A stretch of 40,867 nucleotides of DNA from Candidatus Kapaibacterium sp. (lineage in GTDB: Bacteria > Bacteroidota > Ignavibacteria > Kapaibacteriales > UBA2268). The notes under the pieces were generated by a model. That model ran no database searches. It saw only the letters and a program-made list of their open reading frames with translations, and was not told the origin of the DNA. The DNA lies in assembly GCA_937936035.1 (NCBI GenBank), contig CALGXJ010000085.1:1-40867 (forward strand), read 5' to 3'. Positions 38,401 through 40,867 of the stretch are shown piece after piece. The translations under genes were made by a program, and so were the position numbers. Numbering within the stretch: position 1 is the stretch's first letter; each line of letters starts with the position of its first letter.

Positions 38401-38521
38401 ACTTGGACTAATATTATGCAAAGAATTTGTTGAAAAACATGGTGGAAAGATGTATTTTAACAGTAAGGAAAATGAAGGAACAACATTTTTCTTCACGCTT
38501 CCTATTGCGAAAAACATCTGA
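35414..38521 (+). CDS. Multi-PAS sensor histidine kinase (cytoplasmic)
   Basis: About six PAS/PAC repeats, then KDKFFSIISHDLRGP, NLVTNGIKFT, DNGVG and GSGLGL. No TM segment. Confidence 0.92.
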   Translation: MKENSLKIIADNIADWIYWINKEGKVIFYSKSIEQLTEYTLDEISANENFLISIVYDEDKEKFTEHIKTAYSENPDTFELEFRIVTKSGQIKTISHICKPIYENDKYIGRIADNRDITTQKSQSETILSEKKRFDLYMDNILDVLWEVDENFIVKYLSSAFERLSGLPCKEAIEKSVFELLNISEGSEPFNFLINRRNAFYEKGIIEDAIFEVPFSNKEGRIIWFEVSSRPVIKDNILMGFVGVARDITIRKNHLTKLETITDIIENSILEFDIVNRNINFNNKFYQMLGYTPDEFENSIENMIEHIHIDDREKVSRSIQELISKKIVKFSHEYRMKTKDGNWKWLKCNGKITEWDKEGSPTKIIAAHIDIDKEKRLQEEKLLLLSSAISATSESVVITDVRGNIQYANPAFTELTQYSLEEAIGKNPRELVNSGEQNKEFYKTMWRTIANGKTWKGEIINRRKDGSKYVEFLTITPVKNDRGEIINYVAIKRDISYERELIKELNKINSELQAIYDSSPVLISLLDRSSRIVYANKTTTDFLGIPLEELINKRACGCFGCIHENDSELGCGFGPNCAECHLNKAIQKTFETKQSLTGIEHEAKLMVNGFLREYTFLATTSFIQSGSSQYVLLNLLDITEKKISEKLLEQSYKTFRTYIQSAPMGIVSIGRDGKIRGCNRAFQELLKTSEENLLDRNILYYIFQRQDLLIDTIAHLNGENQKIEVIMQDANEKIFWAKISAVLLNDDEILCFIEDVDNKKRAEEEQRALLDALRLSNQKIEQTLQEKDKLIKELEETQKRLQGTISAKDKFFSIISHDLRGPFSGFLGLTDMMAKDMEDLSLRELRKMSQAIYKSANSVYKLLDDLLQWSRLQLGKIPYNPETITLKEIVNNSLYTLRELANNKEINLSIDVPDDFAVYCDRNMITGVIRNLVTNGIKFTHRGGRIKIFINQVEGDFAEIAVEDNGVGIPNEIQDKIFRLDSQVSTKGTEQETGSGLGLILCKEFVEKHGGKMYFNSKENEGTTFFFTLPIAKNI

Positions 38522-38535
38522 TTTCCAATGAACTT

Positions 38536-40867
38536 ATGAGTGGCAACAACAATATTGATGAACTTATTTTAAGAATTAGGGCTCTCGAAGGGGAACTAAG
38601 CAAAGCAAAAAAAATACAGGAAGCCTTGATTGCAAGAATTGAGAGAAGCCAGTCAATAGATGAAAATGATTTTGGTCTGTTCGAAGTTAATGCATTACTG
38701 AACGAAATATTAGAGAAGAAAAACTTAGAATTTCAATCGATATATTCCGAACTAACTCATTTTGCAGAGGGAAAAAAATCATATGAAAAGAGCCTAAAAG
38801 AAAATGAAAAAAGACTTTACGCAGTAATAAATTCACTTGATGATATAGTTTGGTCGGCATCATATCCAGAGCTAAATTTAATATTCACAAACCAAAGTAT
38901 AGAAAAAATATTTGAGTTTCCGGCGGAAGATTTCAGGAAATATCCTCAGCTTTGGTTGGATATTATTCATCCCGAAGATAGAGGTGATTTTGAACGAAAA
39001 ATTGAACTTTCGAAGGATGGTGAACTGCAAGAAACAATATATAGGGTGTTTTTGCCAAGCGGTAAAATATGTTGGATAAGAAACCGGTTCCGGATGACAA
39101 AAGACGAAATGCTAGACAAATGTAGGTTAGACGGAATTGCATCAGACATCACTTATCAAAGAGAAGCCGAATTAAAGCTACTTAGCAGCGAACGAAAATT
39201 TAGAACACTTGCCGATTACACCTACGACTGGGAATACTGGATAGACCCGGAAAACAAATATGTGTATATTTCCCCATCTTGCGAACGTATTACCGGATAT
39301 TTACCCGACGAATTCATTACAAATCCAGATTTAATATATAATATCGTCCATCCTGATGATTATGATTACTTTTCAGAAACAGCTAATGTTGGTGCAGAGA
39401 ATAGAACACTTGATCTCGAGTTTCGAATAAAATGCAAGGACGGGAAAATAAGATATATTCAGCATATTAACAGACCAATATTCGACGGACAAGGTAATTA
39501 TTTAGGACGAAGAATTTCGAACCGTGATATCACAGAGAAAAAAATAGCAGAAATCAACTTAAATCGTCAAAAGAAATTAATCGAATCAATATTAGATAAT
39601 GCACCTATATTTATCTGGCTGAACGATACCGAAAGCAATACGATTTTTGAAAATATGCTTATGCGATTAAGCACAAGACAGGGCGGAGAATTATCCTTTA
39701 CAGAAGACGAAGTAAAACGGTTGCGAGAAACTGACAGGCAAGCAATTCAATCGCAATTGCCTATCGAATTTGTCGAAAAAGTAACATTTAACGATGGGAC
39801 AAGGCATTACCTTCAAATTGTAAAGTCTCGAATGACTGACGAAGAGGGGAAAATTATTGGTGTGCTTGGTTTGGGGCTGGATATAACTGAAAGCAAGCTG
39901 GCAAACGAAGCTTTACGAGAAAGCGAAGCACGAAATCGTGCGCTCCTCGATTCATCTCCAGACCTTGTGTTTATTTTGACGCGAGATGGTAGATTTATTG
40001 ATTATCATACATCAAATCCTGAACAATTGCTTATTCCACCAAGATTCTTTCTTGGGAAGAAATTAAATGAAGCACTTCCAGAAGATATCGCTAAAAATTT
40101 TTTCTATTATATCGAAAAAGCACTATATACAGGAGAGCTTCAACGCTACGAGTTCGATATAAATTACAGAGATAAATATAAATACTATGAAGTGCGAATA
40201 AGTGCGTTTGGTAATAATTTATTAATGGCATTAGTTCGAGATATTACAGAGAACAAGCTATCCGAAAAGAAATTAGAAAGAATGTATAGATTAAACACAA
40301 TAATAAATGAGCTGTCTTCTGTATTAATCCAATCAACAACAGAGAATTTGCATAATGGTATTGTATTTTCACTTGAAATATTAGGACGTTTCTCTGAAGC
40401 TGATAGAGTGTATATCTTTTCGGTTCACGAATCAAGCCAACATATTGAAAATACATATAGCTGGATAAATGAAAATGTGTCGAAGGGGATTGAAAAAATC
40501 AGTTCCATACGATATAAAACATTTCAGCGATGGATTGAAATTTTCAAGAACAATGATTTTGTTCAGATACAAAACGTTAATAAACTCTCCAATGAATTCG
40601 AAGAAAAAGCAACTCTTCTTGAAATTGGCATTGTTTCTTTACTCAGCGTTCCAATGTATTACGGGAATCAATTAATTGGCTTCATAGTGTTTGATACGTT
40701 GCAAGAAGAGAAAAACTGGGATTTCGACACGGTTTCATTATTCAGGCTTGCAGCTGAAATTATAGCAGGAGCAATAGCACGAAATAATTTCGAACTTGAA
40801 ATCATAAAACAAAAGCAAATAGCGGATCAGGCAAACCGGGCAAAGTCTGAATTTTTGGCAAATATGA
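38536..40867 (+). CDS. Multi-PAS/GAF histidine kinase, 3'-truncated by window edge (absent from ORF track)
   Basis: Frame from ATG 38536 (MSGNNNIDELILRIRALEGEL...) to the end. PAS repeats (IHPEDR, VHPDD, SPSCERITGY), a GAF-like region (EADRVYIF), and the HisKA lead-in ANRAKSEFLANM at the window end. Confidence 0.9.
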   Translation, partial: MSGNNNIDELILRIRALEGELSKAKKIQEALIARIERSQSIDENDFGLFEVNALLNEILEKKNLEFQSIYSELTHFAEGKKSYEKSLKENEKRLYAVINSLDDIVWSASYPELNLIFTNQSIEKIFEFPAEDFRKYPQLWLDIIHPEDRGDFERKIELSKDGELQETIYRVFLPSGKICWIRNRFRMTKDEMLDKCRLDGIASDITYQREAELKLLSSERKFRTLADYTYDWEYWIDPENKYVYISPSCERITGYLPDEFITNPDLIYNIVHPDDYDYFSETANVGAENRTLDLEFRIKCKDGKIRYIQHINRPIFDGQGNYLGRRISNRDITEKKIAEINLNRQKKLIESILDNAPIFIWLNDTESNTIFENMLMRLSTRQGGELSFTEDEVKRLRETDRQAIQSQLPIEFVEKVTFNDGTRHYLQIVKSRMTDEEGKIIGVLGLGLDITESKLANEALRESEARNRALLDSSPDLVFILTRDGRFIDYHTSNPEQLLIPPRFFLGKKLNEALPEDIAKNFFYYIEKALYTGELQRYEFDINYRDKYKYYEVRISAFGNNLLMALVRDITENKLSEKKLERMYRLNTIINELSSVLIQSTTENLHNGIVFSLEILGRFSEADRVYIFSVHESSQHIENTYSWINENVSKGIEKISSIRYKTFQRWIEIFKNNDFVQIQNVNKLSNEFEEKATLLEIGIVSLLSVPMYYGNQLIGFIVFDTLQEEKNWDFDTVSLFRLAAEIIAGAIARNNFELEIIKQKQIADQANRAKSEFLANM

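Noticed and set aside
129-40675. Numerous 60-140 aa ORFs nested in or antisense to the main genes
   Set aside because: They are shadows of well-supported CDSs and have no recognisable motifs.
1-40867. CRISPR arrays, IS elements, prophage or defence genes
   Set aside because: I recognised no regularly spaced repeats, transposase, integrase, phage or nuclease motifs by eye.

Overview
Gene-dense, AT-rich bacterial chromosomal window. TTTG-N19-20-TAnnTTTG promoters and the gene families present suggest the Bacteroidota/Ignavibacteria/Kapabacteria group (inference). In order, it contains: a 5'-truncated MFS transporter; a PfkB kinase, CBM9-like secreted protein, AtpZ-like protein and class II aldolase operon; a three-gene chemosensory-like cluster (MCP-, CheW- and CheA/WspE-like); a 1448-aa acyl-CoA dehydratase activase fusion; four LPS-type glycosyltransferases; a methyltransferase; nadE and a NarL-type regulator; a TetR-TolC-MFP-RND efflux operon; tRNA-Ser(TGA); lspA-rluD; ppk1, surA and a REC/CheC/PAS-kinase module; and two large multi-PAS histidine kinases, the last missing from the ORF track and running off the end. 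The most notable feature is the chemosensory cluster at 4305-8903. Its reading frames are intact and translationally coupled, yet its signalling motifs look eroded: His is replaced by Asn in both Hpt domains, the N box is altered, the ATP lid/G2 box is absent, the receptor tip has a deletion, and there is no REC, CheB, CheR or CheY. It is either a non-catalytic 'pseudo-Wsp' system or a relic. All protein calls come from motif recognition by eye; no searches were run.
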